DNA of 64,000 bases from Nibricoccus sp. (lineage in GTDB: Bacteria; Verrucomicrobiota; Verrucomicrobiia; Opitutales; Opitutaceae). A model generated the notes under the pieces. The model was not told the DNA's origin. It saw only the letters and a list, made by a program, of their open reading frames with translations, and did not search any database. This document shows, piece by piece, positions 11,068 through 21,971 of this stretch. Location of the stretch: assembly GCA_047602425.1 (NCBI GenBank), contig JASGHG010000001.1:2176001-2240000 (forward strand), in the 5' to 3' direction. How positions within the stretch are numbered: position 1 is the stretch's first letter; each line of letters starts with the position of its first letter. Both the position numbers and the translations under genes were made by a program.

Positions 11068-11883
11068 ATGGTCGCCGAAACCTCCTCCACCCAAAACGTC
11101 TCCGCCCTCACCCTGCGCGTGTGGCGCCAAGCCGGCCCGGACAAACCTGGCAAGTTCGTCAATTACCAGGCCAAGGATCTAAATCCGAACATGTCGCTCC
11201 TCGAGATGCTCGACGTCGTCAACGACGAGCTGACTCTCAAGGGCGAAGAACCCATCGCATTCGCGCACGATTGCCGCGAAGGCATTTGTGGTACCTGTTC
11301 GCTGGTTATTGATGGCAAGCCCCACGGCCCTCACAAAGGCATCGCCAGCTGCCAGACCTATGTCCGCAGCTTCCGCGACGGCGACGTCATCACGATCGAG
11401 CCATACCGGGCCAAGCCTTTCCCGGTCATCAAAGACCTCATCGTCGATCGTTCGGCCTTCGACAAGATCCAGGCTGCCGGCGGCTATGTCAGCATTCGCA
11501 CCGGCGCCGCCTGCGATGCCAATGCTGTTCCCGTTCCGAAGGAAAACGCCGAACTCGCAATGGACGCCGCCGCGTGCATCGGTTGCGGCGCCTGCGTCGC
11601 GGCCTGCAAAAACGCCTCGGCCATGCTGTTCGTCGCCGCGAAAGTTTCTCAGTACAGCCTGCTCCCGCAAGGCCAGCCCGAACGCGACCGCCGCGTTCTC
11701 GCCATGGTCGGCAAGATGGACGAACTCGGTTTCGGCAGCTGCACCAACCAATACGAATGCAGTGCCGCGTGCCCGAAACTGATCAGCCACGACTTCATCG
11801 CCCGGATGAATCGCGACTATCTCGCCGCCACCTTCCGCAGCAGCTTCAAGCCCGCGTCCGCCAACACCGGCGGTGGCGCCTGA
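11068..11883 (+). CDS. sdhB: Succinate dehydrogenase/fumarate reductase iron-sulfur subunit
   Basis: CREGICGTC (2Fe-2S), [11 protein letters not shown] (4Fe-4S), [12 protein letters not shown] (3Fe-4S). Confidence 0.96.
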   Translation: MVAETSSTQNVSALTLRVWRQAGPDKPGKFVNYQAKDLNPNMSLLEMLDVVNDELTLKGEEPIAFAHDCREGICGTCSLVIDGKPHGPHKGIASCQTYVRSFRDGDVITIEPYRAKPFPVIKDLIVDRSAFDKIQAAGGYVSIRTGAACDANAVPVPKENAELAMDAAACIGCGACVAACKNASAMLFVAAKVSQYSLLPQGQPERDRRVLAMVGKMDELGFGSCTNQYECSAACPKLISHDFIARMNRDYLAATFRSSFKPASANTGGGA

Positions 11884-11908
11884 GCCAACAAGAAGTTTTT
11901 CAAAAACC

Positions 11909-11937
11909 AAAGGCCGCCTTTTTCGGGCGGCCTTTTT
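11909..11937 (+). terminator. Rho-independent terminator, probably bidirectional
   Basis: AAAGGCCGCC-TTTTTCG-GGCGGCCTTTTT between convergent genes. Confidence 0.85.
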
Positions 11938-11978
11938 CGTTCACGGTTTCCTGCCGCAACAGCGGAAATTTGCGCCGT

Positions 11979-12446
11979 TTATTTCGCCGCCGCGCGCAAT
12001 GAAGCGAGGTCGAGCTGGCCGTTCGTCACAGATTTCAGACGCGATTTGTCGTCTGAAACCTCCATGCGCATGATGCTTTCCAGCCGGTAACTCGCGGCGG
12101 AGGCCGACGAGTTGCGGATGCGTTGAAGCGCCGCGGGATTTTCCACCTTCAATACGCCTTCGCGCGAAAGCGAAGTGAGCTGCGGGATGCCGACCGGCGT
12201 GGGATTCGTAAATGCACCGATGTATTCGTCGTTCAAATACAACTTTCCCGCCGTCGAGGCGACCGCGATGGCAAAAACATTCTCGTTGTTGTAACGCAAG
12301 GTCACTTTGAATTCGGCTTCCTGCGCGGTGGGCGCGCAATCGGTGAGATCGATCAGCACGTTGCCGATACGGTTCGCGGAACTGCAGGCGGCCAGGAACA
12401 AGCAGAAAGAAACAAGGGACAATGCCTTAAGCCAGGGGGTTTTCAT
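11979..12446 (-). CDS. LEA type 2 / WHy-domain lipoprotein
   Basis: Lipobox LAAC; FKVTLRYNNENVFAIAV...KLYLN...IG pattern of LEA_2. Confidence 0.7.
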   Translation of the reverse strand: MKTPWLKALSLVSFCLFLAACSSANRIGNVLIDLTDCAPTAQEAEFKVTLRYNNENVFAIAVASTAGKLYLNDEYIGAFTNPTPVGIPQLTSLSREGVLKVENPAALQRIRNSSASAASYRLESIMRMEVSDDKSRLKSVTNGQLDLASLRAAAK

Positions 12447-13284
12447 TTGGTGCCGCAATCAAAGGAGCCGCCCGACGAACCGCAAGACTAGGCACGCGTC
12501 GTTTTGAAGCTTTTCGGAAAGCTTCCCGGACATCGGGCGCCACGCAAATGACTGCCTGCGAGGCTGCGTTTTCGTTTTCGCCTCAGCTGCCGCCAGCTGA
12601 AAGAGAGCGTGACGCCCGACGCCGTATGAAGGCTTGGACCTGAGGTGCCTTGATAGAAATGCTTGGCGATGCCACCCTGCATAGCTCTCGGGAGGGAGAA
12701 AACCATGCGGCTGCGCCTTCCCAAACAGCTTCCTTGGCGCCTTGAAAAGCGGCCAAAAAGCGACGGAAAAACAGAGCGTTAAGAGGGGTGAACATCGGCA
12801 GATCTACAAGCAAATGATTTGCATTTAAAATCCCCGCCGGTCAAGCTTCGAATCTCCCCTCGCTAGGGCTAGCAACGATCATGACGATTGTTTATCGTTG
12901 TATATAAATAGATTAAGCTCTCCATTTTGCGCGGAGCCGACCAACTTTTGCCCGGGTTGGACGACATAAAATTCGTGCGACGGCGAATGAATGCAGAACT
13001 GGCTTCCGTGCTGCTCAGCGCCCGCTCAGCACAATTCGATGCGAAAGGTGAACTCTTTTCGGGGATTCAGCCCATCAATGGCACGGGAGTGCTGGTCGAC
13101 GCGTGAATTGAGCTGGGCAAGAAGCGGGCGAGCATCCAAATGCGGCGAGCCTGTCACCACAAAATTCCCGCCGTCTTTTTCGTAATGATGCTGAAGCCTC
13201 CCGAAATGCAGGATTCAGCGAAATGTTGATCGCAAGTGCCGCGTCGGATCGAAGGAGAGTCCAATGCGCGCAGCTTGGAATAAC

Positions 13285-14145
13285 TCAGTCAAAAACCACG
13301 GTCTTGTGGCCGTAAACAAGCACGCGGTTTTCCAAGTGCCAGCGCACGGCTTGGGCGAGTACGAGCCGTTCGAGGTCACGGCCCTTGCGGACTAAATCCT
13401 CGACATCGTGCCGGTGGGTCACACGGGCAACGTCTTGCTGGATGATCGGTCCGTCGTCTAGCACGGCTGTCGCGTAGTGCGCCGTCGCGCCGATCAGTTT
13501 CACACCGCGCACGTGGGCTTGATGGTAGGGCTTGCCGCCGGCGAAGGCCGGGAGAAAGGAATGATGGATATTGATGACCGGCGCGCCGAACTTCGCGAGG
13601 AAATCGCCCGACAGCACCTGCATGTAACGCGCAAGGATGACGAGCTCGATTTTATCTCTGCGAAGTAGTTCGAGTTGACGGGCCTCGGCCTCGACCTTTG
13701 TGGCCGCAGTGACCGGGATGTGGTGAAACGGAAGCCCGTAGCCCCGCGCCGTTTCCTGCAAATCGAGATGGTTGGAAACGATTGCGACAAGATCGCAGGC
13801 GTATTCACCGGATTTCCAGCGCAGAATCAAGTCGTGGAAGCAGTGGTCGAATTTCGAAACGAAAATCGCCACGCGGGGACGATGGGCTGAGGAAGCCACC
13901 TGAACCGCCATGCCCAACTGGGCAGCAAACGCCTTGAACTCGTCCGGGCCCGCCGCCGTGCTGCCGGGGGCCGGAACCCATTCGACACGTTGGAAAAACA
14001 CGCCCGCTTCCATGTCGCGATGTTGATCGGCGTGCAAAATGTTGCCACCGCGTTCGAAAATCCAACCAGCCACGCGGGCAACCAAGCCGGGTTGGTCCGG
14101 CCCGTGAAGCAAGGCGACAAGCGTTCGCGTATCCGATTGCGGCAT
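13285..14145 (-). CDS. purU: Formyltetrahydrofolate deformylase
   Basis: N-terminal ACT (GPDQPGLVARV), LARYMQVLS, INIHHSFLPAFAG.KPYHQA, GVKLIGATAHY, LDDGPII; start 14145 or 14160. Confidence 0.95.
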   Translation of the reverse strand: MPQSDTRTLVALLHGPDQPGLVARVAGWIFERGGNILHADQHRDMEAGVFFQRVEWVPAPGSTAAGPDEFKAFAAQLGMAVQVASSAHRPRVAIFVSKFDHCFHDLILRWKSGEYACDLVAIVSNHLDLQETARGYGLPFHHIPVTAATKVEAEARQLELLRRDKIELVILARYMQVLSGDFLAKFGAPVINIHHSFLPAFAGGKPYHQAHVRGVKLIGATAHYATAVLDDGPIIQQDVARVTHRHDVEDLVRKGRDLERLVLAQAVRWHLENRVLVYGHKTVVFD

Positions 14146-14256
14146 AAGGTCAAAATCCATGCCTGAGGCCCGAGGCCATCGCAACCTCGAATTCGGACCG
14201 CCCCCAACCGTCTCGTCTGAAAGCCCGCCAATCTAACCAACTAGCCATGCAACGCC

Positions 14257-14283
14257 TTAAGTTTTCCCGGCGCCAACCGATAT
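14257..14283 (+). promoter_or_regulatory. Sigma28 (FliA)-like promoter for MCP
   Basis: TTAAGTTT-N11-ACCGATAT vs consensus TAAAGTTT-N11-GCCGATAA. Confidence 0.7.
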
Positions 14284-14341
14284 AACGTTCACGTCGTCGC
14301 ACGCCTAACCAACGTCGAGGATAACCGTCGCCACTGACCAC

Positions 14342-15976
14342 ATGACCCCCAAGCGTAACATCCTCCGCAAGCTCAACTTGTTTACGATCGCGGTTCTTTT
14401 GGTCACGCTCGCGCTCGGCACCGCGAGTTTCATTCTCTATTTCAAACGTGTTTTTGCGGTTCAGCTCGTCGGCAACCTTAAAGTCGTCAGCGACAGCTTG
14501 GATACCAACCTTAAAACCCGCGAAAAGGATTTCGCCGCGCGCAAACAGGCCTTGAAAGCGGAACAGCTCGATCGGCTGCGCCACGACCTCGCCATTCTCG
14601 CGCAATCGCTCCTTGGTCCACTTTGGAATCTCGAAAACGAAACCGCCGAATCGATCATTAAAGCCTTTCTCGAGAAAAACGAGATCGCTGCGATCCGGGT
14701 CGACGACGAGTCGGGCGGTCTCTTCGCCGCGATGCAGAAAAAAGACGGTAAGATCGTGCTCGTCAAAAAAACCAACGACTTCGCGCCCCCCGGAACCCCG
14801 ATCAATGGCGACATCACCAAAGGCAACAAGCTCGTCGGCACCATCCATCTTTATTACACCGAGGATTCCCTCAAGGCCGCGCTCACGCTGGTCGACAACG
14901 ACCTGAAACAATTCCGCGACGAAAACTCCGCGATGGTGACATCCATCGATCGAAGCATCAAGGCCACCGTCCAGGCGCAGAGTAACCGGATTCTCGTGAT
15001 CCGCGGACTCGAAGTCGGTGCGATGTTCCTCGTCACGCTTGTCGCGCTCGGCTGGTTTATCCGCACGCAAATCAAGCGTCCGCTCAATGACATGATTATG
15101 TCGATGACAGATGGTTCGCATCAGATCGAGTCCGCCGCTTCCCAAGTGGCCACCGAGGCCGGCCATCTCGCCGAGGGCACCGCTTCGCAAGCCGCGTCCA
15201 TCGAGGAAACTTCGTCCACGCTTGAGGAAATTTCTTCCATGGTCTCGACCAACGCGCAAAACGCGCAGTCGGCCGACCAACTCATGAGCACGACGCGCGC
15301 CTCGGTCGAACAAGCCAATACCGCCATGCACCGCTTGTTCGATTCCATCCAAGCCGCCAATCGCTCAAGCCTCGAAACGTCAAAGATCATCAAAACGATC
15401 GACGAAATCGCCTTTCAAACCAACCTACTCGCCCTCAACGCCGCGGTAGAAGCGGCTCGCGCCGGAGAAGCCGGAGCCGGTTTCGCGGTGGTGGCCGATG
15501 AAGTGCGTTCTCTCGCCCGGCGCGCGGCCGAGGCCGCTCGAAATACTTCGCAACTCATCGAGGATACCAACCACAAGATTGCCGATGGTACTGCGCTCGT
15601 GGAGGAAACCCGCAAGAGTTTCGAGAACGTCAATCAAAGCGTAGGTCAGTCCAGCACGCTCATCACGCAAATTGCCAGCGCCTCCAACGAGCAGGCCCGA
15701 GGCGTCGAGCAACTCAATGCCGCGATCAACAACATCGACAAAGTCGTGCAGGAATCCGTGGCGAGTTCCGAGCAATCCGCTGCCGCCGCCCAGGAAATGA
15801 GCGCACAAGCGACCGAAATGAATCATACGCTGGAAGGACTCAGCGTGCTTGTCGGCGTACAAAGGGACGGCCTTTCCGCCAAAAACGGGGTCCAGGGAAC
15901 GGCCCAAAAGACTGGCGACGAACCAATACATTCCACCAAGAAGCCGGCGCGCCGCAACGCCGTTGTTGCGCAGTGA
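14342..15976 (+). CDS. Methyl-accepting chemotaxis protein
   Basis: Two TM helices with periplasmic domain; IAFQTNLLALNAAVEAARAGEAGAGFAVVADEVRSLA signalling hairpin. Confidence 0.95.
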   Translation: MTPKRNILRKLNLFTIAVLLVTLALGTASFILYFKRVFAVQLVGNLKVVSDSLDTNLKTREKDFAARKQALKAEQLDRLRHDLAILAQSLLGPLWNLENETAESIIKAFLEKNEIAAIRVDDESGGLFAAMQKKDGKIVLVKKTNDFAPPGTPINGDITKGNKLVGTIHLYYTEDSLKAALTLVDNDLKQFRDENSAMVTSIDRSIKATVQAQSNRILVIRGLEVGAMFLVTLVALGWFIRTQIKRPLNDMIMSMTDGSHQIESAASQVATEAGHLAEGTASQAASIEETSSTLEEISSMVSTNAQNAQSADQLMSTTRASVEQANTAMHRLFDSIQAANRSSLETSKIIKTIDEIAFQTNLLALNAAVEAARAGEAGAGFAVVADEVRSLARRAAEAARNTSQLIEDTNHKIADGTALVEETRKSFENVNQSVGQSSTLITQIASASNEQARGVEQLNAAINNIDKVVQESVASSEQSAAAAQEMSAQATEMNHTLEGLSVLVGVQRDGLSAKNGVQGTAQKTGDEPIHSTKKPARRNAVVAQ

Positions 15977-16031
15977 TTCTCGGCGCTTCCGCGCCGCGCG
16001 AGCTTTTCGCTCCGAAAAGAGCCGAGCGGGC

Positions 16032-16433
16032 TTAGCCCGCTGCTTCCACCGTTTCAGCCCCAGCTTCGATAGCAGCGTCGACTTGCGTCTCTGTCACCGT
16101 AGTTGCTGCTGCTGGAGGCGGTTTGCCGGCCATCCAGGCGCCAGCGATCTCGTCGGCGGCGGTTAACCAATCGAATTTTTCCCGGGGATAAATCGCATGC
16201 GAGCCCGAGGCAGTGCTTTCAGCCCAGGCGAAAGTTGCGCGCACACAAATTTGACCGTCGGCCAAAGTGAAATTTTGCAGCATGATCGAGCCTGAGCCGT
16301 CGGAAAAGTTCATCCGCGCCATCGCCTTGTGGAAACTGACCGAACGCGCCGGGGGCTTCGCAACCGCCGTCGAACCTTGGTTAACCAAGGCGGTTTCAAT
16401 GAGACTGAGGAGAGTGAGAAGACGGGGCGCCAT
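16032..16433 (-). CDS. Hypothetical protein
   Basis: 133-aa ORF filling the gap between MCP and kinase, preceded by a sigma28-like promoter. Confidence 0.65.
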   Translation of the reverse strand: MAPRLLTLLSLIETALVNQGSTAVAKPPARSVSFHKAMARMNFSDGSGSIMLQNFTLADGQICVRATFAWAESTASGSHAIYPREKFDWLTAADEIAGAWMAGKPPPAAATTVTETQVDAAIEAGAETVEAAG

Positions 16434-16475
16434 GACGGTGCAAAAACGTTTGAGAGCGGACTATTTCAACCCCTT

Positions 16476-16502
16476 TCATCGTCCCCAAGATTGTAAACTT
16501 TA
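16476..16502 (-). promoter_or_regulatory. Sigma28-like promoter (leftward)
   Basis: Minus strand TAAAGTTT-N11-GACGATGA. Confidence 0.7.
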
Positions 16503-16506
16503 GCCT

Positions 16507-16533
16507 TCAAGTTTCTGCGGCACCGGTCGATGA
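16507..16533 (+). promoter_or_regulatory. Sigma28-like promoter (rightward)
   Basis: TCAAGTTT-N11-GTCGATGA. Confidence 0.65.
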
Positions 16534-16615
16534 CCGCTGGCTCCGGTTTTGATTTTGCCCAAAATCAGCCATTAGGCATAGTTCCACGTTTCCCTTCCAG
16601 ACTCAGCAGCTCCCA

Positions 16616-18901
16616 GTGTCCAGCCCCTCCCCGCTTCATTCTTCCGCGTCGGCCGCCGCCAGCCTCGACGCACTCATGTCCCGAGTGGTTTCAGATGCCA
16701 CTCAGGCCATCGTCGTGTGCGATGGTCAGATGTCGGGGCGGCCGATTTTGCATGTGAATCCCGAATTCGAACGCCTGACGGGCTACGCGCGTTCGGAGGC
16801 GTTAAAGAAAACGCTTCGCATGCTCCTACGCCCCTCGGGCGATGCCCACGAATGGGACGGTGTCGATGCCGCGCTGGTCGGCGATCAAGCCTGGCGCAAA
16901 CCCCTTCCGGCCGCCCGCAAGGACGGCACGGTTTTCTGGGCGGACCTGCACGTGTATCCACTCCGTCACGACAACAAGATCACGCACTGGGCCTGTATGC
17001 TGACCGACGTTACCGAACGTCTCGAACTGCACCAAGCCCTGCATGACAGCGAAGCGCGCCTGCGCTTGCTCGCCGAAAACATCCGCGACCTCGTCGTCGT
17101 GCACCATCTGGACGGCAAGTGCAGCTACGTTTCTCCTTCTTGCCAGACGATGCTCGGCTCCGGGCCCGAAATACTTGTCGGCGACATGTGGATTTCCGTT
17201 TTTCATCCAGCCGACCAAGCCCGCGCGCGCCGGACGTTCGAAAATCATTTTACCAGCCGCGAAGAGAGTCATCTGATTCATCGCCTGCGCCGACACGACG
17301 GCAGCTATCTTTGGGCTGAAACCATCAGCAAAACCCGACGCGACTCCGCAGGCCGGCCGGACGGCATCATTTCCGTCACACGCGACATCAGCAAACGCCG
17401 CCACGCTCAGGAAAATCTTGCCGCGATGCACAGCCTCCTCGACATGGTTTATGAAACCGTGCCGATCGGACTCTGCCTGCTCGATGCCGCCGGTAACATC
17501 ATTCAGTGCAATCGCGCGTTTGCGCGCGCGTTCGATCAGCCGCCCGACGCGCTCGCCGGGCAGGCCGCCGACACGATTCTCCCGACCACCGCACTCAGTC
17601 GTGCCACGATCAACCAACATCATCCGTGCGAATGCGAATGTGTCGACAGTCACGGCACCATGTTTCCCGCGGAATTGACGGTGGTGGTTTTCGAACCAAA
17701 TTCCATCGCCAATCGTCTTGTCGCACTCAACAGCCTGCGGGAACGGAAGAAAATCGAGTCGCGTCTGCGTGAAATCAACCAGCTCGAAAGTCTTGGCACG
17801 CTGGCCGGCGGCATCGCCCACGATTTCAACAACATGCTTTCGATTGTGCTCGCCTATGCGAGCTTGCTGCGCGACGCCTCGGGCGATCCGGCACGCATTT
17901 CGCATTACGCCGATACGATTCTCGATGCAGGAAGACGTGGCGCCAGCGTCGTCCGTCAGCTTCAACTTTTTGCCAATACCCACGAAGCCGAACTCGCTCC
18001 GGCCAATATTCACGAACTCATCGACAAGGCTTTAGCGGAACACGGCCCGGCCTCCGTCAGCCCCGTGCAGCTGGTAAAACAGTTCGGCGCCACCAAGGCC
18101 GTCGTCACGATCGATGCCGGTCAATTTGTGCAGGCCATTGGCCGGCTGATCGACAATGCGGTGGAGGCCATGCCCGCGGGAGGCACGCTCACGCTGCGCA
18201 CCACGGAAGTGCAACAAGCCGCCTTCACCCCGGCCGGCATGGGGGAACAGAAAAATTTTCTTCGTATCAGCGTAGAGGATACAGGCGCCGGCATGGATGC
18301 CGACACGCGCTCCCGGATGTTCGAACCGTTTTTCTCGCGCGGAAAAAAAGCCGACTCCGCCGGCGTGGGACTCGCGGTGGTTTACGGTATCATGCGCGCG
18401 CATGGCGGTTCGATCGAGGTCGACAGCGCGCCAGGCCAGGGCACTCGCGTGCACCTGCTTTTCCCTCGCACGGAAGCCCCTGCCGTTGTTGCGTCGCGCC
18501 CGCCTTTCGTTCCGGTCGGGCCGGCTCACGAACGCCGAACCATTCTCCTCGCCGAGGACGAACAAGACATTGGCATGCTTTGGCAGGAAGTGTTCCCCGC
18601 CGCCGGCTGGCGCGTGATTTGGGCGCGCGACGGCAGCGAAGCCCTGAGACTTTTCCGCGTGCACCGCGAGGAAATCGCGCTCGTCTTCACCGACATTATT
18701 ATGCCTCTGGTCGATGGTTGGCAGGTGGCTGAAACCGTCCGTCAGGAAGAGCCCAAGATGCCTCTGCTGATTGCGAGTGGCGCGTTCCGTCGCGGCGATC
18801 GCAGCCGCACGATTGTGGGACCCGTGACGTACCTTTCCAAACCGTACGTTCCCTCCAATGTTCTCAAACTCATCGAGAACTTGGTGAAGACCCAAGTCTG
18901 A
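16616..18901 (+). CDS. Cytoplasmic PAS-domain hybrid histidine kinase (PAS x3, HisKA, HATPase, REC)
   Basis: LAGGIAHDFNN H-box, DTGAGM and GVGLA G-boxes, C-terminal receiver (LAEDE, TDIIMP, KP); start 16616 or 16676. Confidence 0.92.
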   Translation: MSSPSPLHSSASAAASLDALMSRVVSDATQAIVVCDGQMSGRPILHVNPEFERLTGYARSEALKKTLRMLLRPSGDAHEWDGVDAALVGDQAWRKPLPAARKDGTVFWADLHVYPLRHDNKITHWACMLTDVTERLELHQALHDSEARLRLLAENIRDLVVVHHLDGKCSYVSPSCQTMLGSGPEILVGDMWISVFHPADQARARRTFENHFTSREESHLIHRLRRHDGSYLWAETISKTRRDSAGRPDGIISVTRDISKRRHAQENLAAMHSLLDMVYETVPIGLCLLDAAGNIIQCNRAFARAFDQPPDALAGQAADTILPTTALSRATINQHHPCECECVDSHGTMFPAELTVVVFEPNSIANRLVALNSLRERKKIESRLREINQLESLGTLAGGIAHDFNNMLSIVLAYASLLRDASGDPARISHYADTILDAGRRGASVVRQLQLFANTHEAELAPANIHELIDKALAEHGPASVSPVQLVKQFGATKAVVTIDAGQFVQAIGRLIDNAVEAMPAGGTLTLRTTEVQQAAFTPAGMGEQKNFLRISVEDTGAGMDADTRSRMFEPFFSRGKKADSAGVGLAVVYGIMRAHGGSIEVDSAPGQGTRVHLLFPRTEAPAVVASRPPFVPVGPAHERRTILLAEDEQDIGMLWQEVFPAAGWRVIWARDGSEALRLFRVHREEIALVFTDIIMPLVDGWQVAETVRQEEPKMPLLIASGAFRRGDRSRTIVGPVTYLSKPYVPSNVLKLIENLVKTQV

Positions 18902-19088
18902 TCGTTCCGCAGAGTCGCATTTGCGGTCCCTCGTTTGAAATCAAACCGGCCCGGGCGTACTGTCACAGACAAGTAAAATAACCCGGCCCGTTTTTCGCCT
19001 TTCGCTTCTGACAAAAGCCGTTACGTTGTCTTTCTTCCCTCAAGCCCGCCTCCGCGGTCTTCCCCCTTTTCTCGCGTTCGCACTGCCC

Positions 19089-20624
<1,536 letters not shown>

Positions 20625-20820
20625 TTTCGCCACAAGGCGTCGCCGTCCGCTTTAGGTGTATAACATGGTTCGTCAAACGCGACGCGCACGCGCGGGCAAA
20701 AGGTTCCACTGAAGCCAACGCGCCGTGCGGAAATACCCCGGTTGGTCTGGGTAAATTTTCTGCAGGGCGAAGGCGCTTTGGGCTAAACTCAGGGGACGTT
20801 GGGTCCGATTGCGGAACTAC

Positions 20821-21309
20821 ATGCAATTTTTGTGCGTTAAACACCGCTTGGCTTTGTTGTTCGGCCCCCTCGCCGGGTTGTCGATCCTGTTGCTATTCAG
20901 CGGTTGCACCACGGATCCCATCGCCCCGCAGTCAGGCCTGCCGCGCGCCAAGGCGCTTGCGATGGCTCAGCAAACCGCGGATGCCTTTGGCGGCCGGGTG
21001 TTTACGATTGCCCCGACGGGCAGCATGAAGCCCACGCTCGACGAAAACAGTGTCGTGACGGTCGAAGTTGTGCCGTTCGATGATCTGCGCGTCGGCGATA
21101 TCGTCATTTATCGCGACAGTGCTGGCCTTCCCATCGTGCATCGCCTGCACCACAGAAGCGGCAGCCGTTGGATCGTATTGGGTGACAACAACTCCAGCAC
21201 CGACCGAGAAACCGTTACCGCGGTCAATCTCGTGGGCCGCGTGTGTGCCATTTTTTATACTTCGTCCGGCGCGAGTCCCGCTGGCACCACTGCCTTGGCA
21301 AATAGGTAA
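20821..21309 (+). CDS. S26 signal peptidase I-like lipoprotein (SipW/ER-type Ser-His)
   Basis: Lipobox-like LFSGC; TGSMKPTL, GDIVIY, PIVHR, GDNN motifs. Confidence 0.8.
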   Translation: MQFLCVKHRLALLFGPLAGLSILLLFSGCTTDPIAPQSGLPRAKALAMAQQTADAFGGRVFTIAPTGSMKPTLDENSVVTVEVVPFDDLRVGDIVIYRDSAGLPIVHRLHHRSGSRWIVLGDNNSSTDRETVTAVNLVGRVCAIFYTSSGASPAGTTALANR

Positions 21310-21344
21310 TTTTCTACCCCCGGTGTGAGGAATCAAAGAAAACG

Positions 21345-21371
21345 CTAAAGCTCGTCTATTTCGGCCGATAA
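21345..21371 (+). promoter_or_regulatory. Sigma28-like promoter for cheX operon
   Basis: CTAAAG...GCCGATAA with a perfect -10 element. Confidence 0.7.
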
Positions 21372-21408
21372 TACTTCCGGAGCAGAATCTCTTACCCTCC
21401 AGACACTC

Positions 21409-21942
21409 ATGCCAACCATCGATCAAATCAGCGAATCAGTGTTTCGGGAGACCATTAGCCGGGCAGTCCAGGACGTTTTTAAAACCATGCTCGGCCGGAC
21501 CGCAGCACTGGCTGACAGCGCCGACTCCGTGATCTCCGAAAACACCCAATGGGACCATCCCGTCCAAATCACCGGTCAGCAAGTCGTCGGCACCGTCGGT
21601 TTCATCGGTGACATCAGCGGGCTCATTTATCTCTACCTCGACGCCGAATTCGCCAACGACATCGCCTCGCATATGCTGGGCATGAGTCGGGCCGAACTTG
21701 AAGAAGCCGGTGACGAAGTCGTCAACGACGCCGTCGGCGAACTGGCCAACATGACCGTTGGCACGTTCAAAAACCAACTGGCCGACAAGGGCTTCCCTTG
21801 CAAGTTGACCATCCCGTCGATTCTCCGTGGCAGCAATTTTTCCATCGAGCCAATCAGCTCGGCCACCCGACGCATTTACCGTTTCAAAATCGGCGATCAT
21901 CAGCTCGTCGCCGACCTTCTGATGAAAACCGGTGATGCCTGA
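21409..21942 (+). CDS. cheX: Chemotaxis phosphatase CheX family
   Basis: VVGTVGFIGDISG, DAVGELANM (ExxN), LTIPSILRG. Confidence 0.88.
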   Translation: MPTIDQISESVFRETISRAVQDVFKTMLGRTAALADSADSVISENTQWDHPVQITGQQVVGTVGFIGDISGLIYLYLDAEFANDIASHMLGMSRAELEEAGDEVVNDAVGELANMTVGTFKNQLADKGFPCKLTIPSILRGSNFSIEPISSATRRIYRFKIGDHQLVADLLMKTGDA

Positions 21943-21971
21943 TCCCGCCAACATTTCACGCCGCCCACTGT

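Noticed and set aside
13079..13094. Sigma54 promoter TGGCACGGGAGTGCT
   Set aside because: GG to GC spacing is 9, not the obligatory 10.
12987..13229. Pseudogene or small ORFs downstream of purU
   Set aside because: Short frames on both strands lack a credible start or recognisable motif.
16690..17020. LOV photoreceptor in first PAS domain
   Set aside because: Position of GRNCRFLQ reads KKTLRMLL; the photoactive Cys is absent.
20680..20780. c-di-GMP-I riboswitch
   Set aside because: GGGCAAA is present but the GAAA tetraloop stem and GACGCAAAG elements are not arranged as required.
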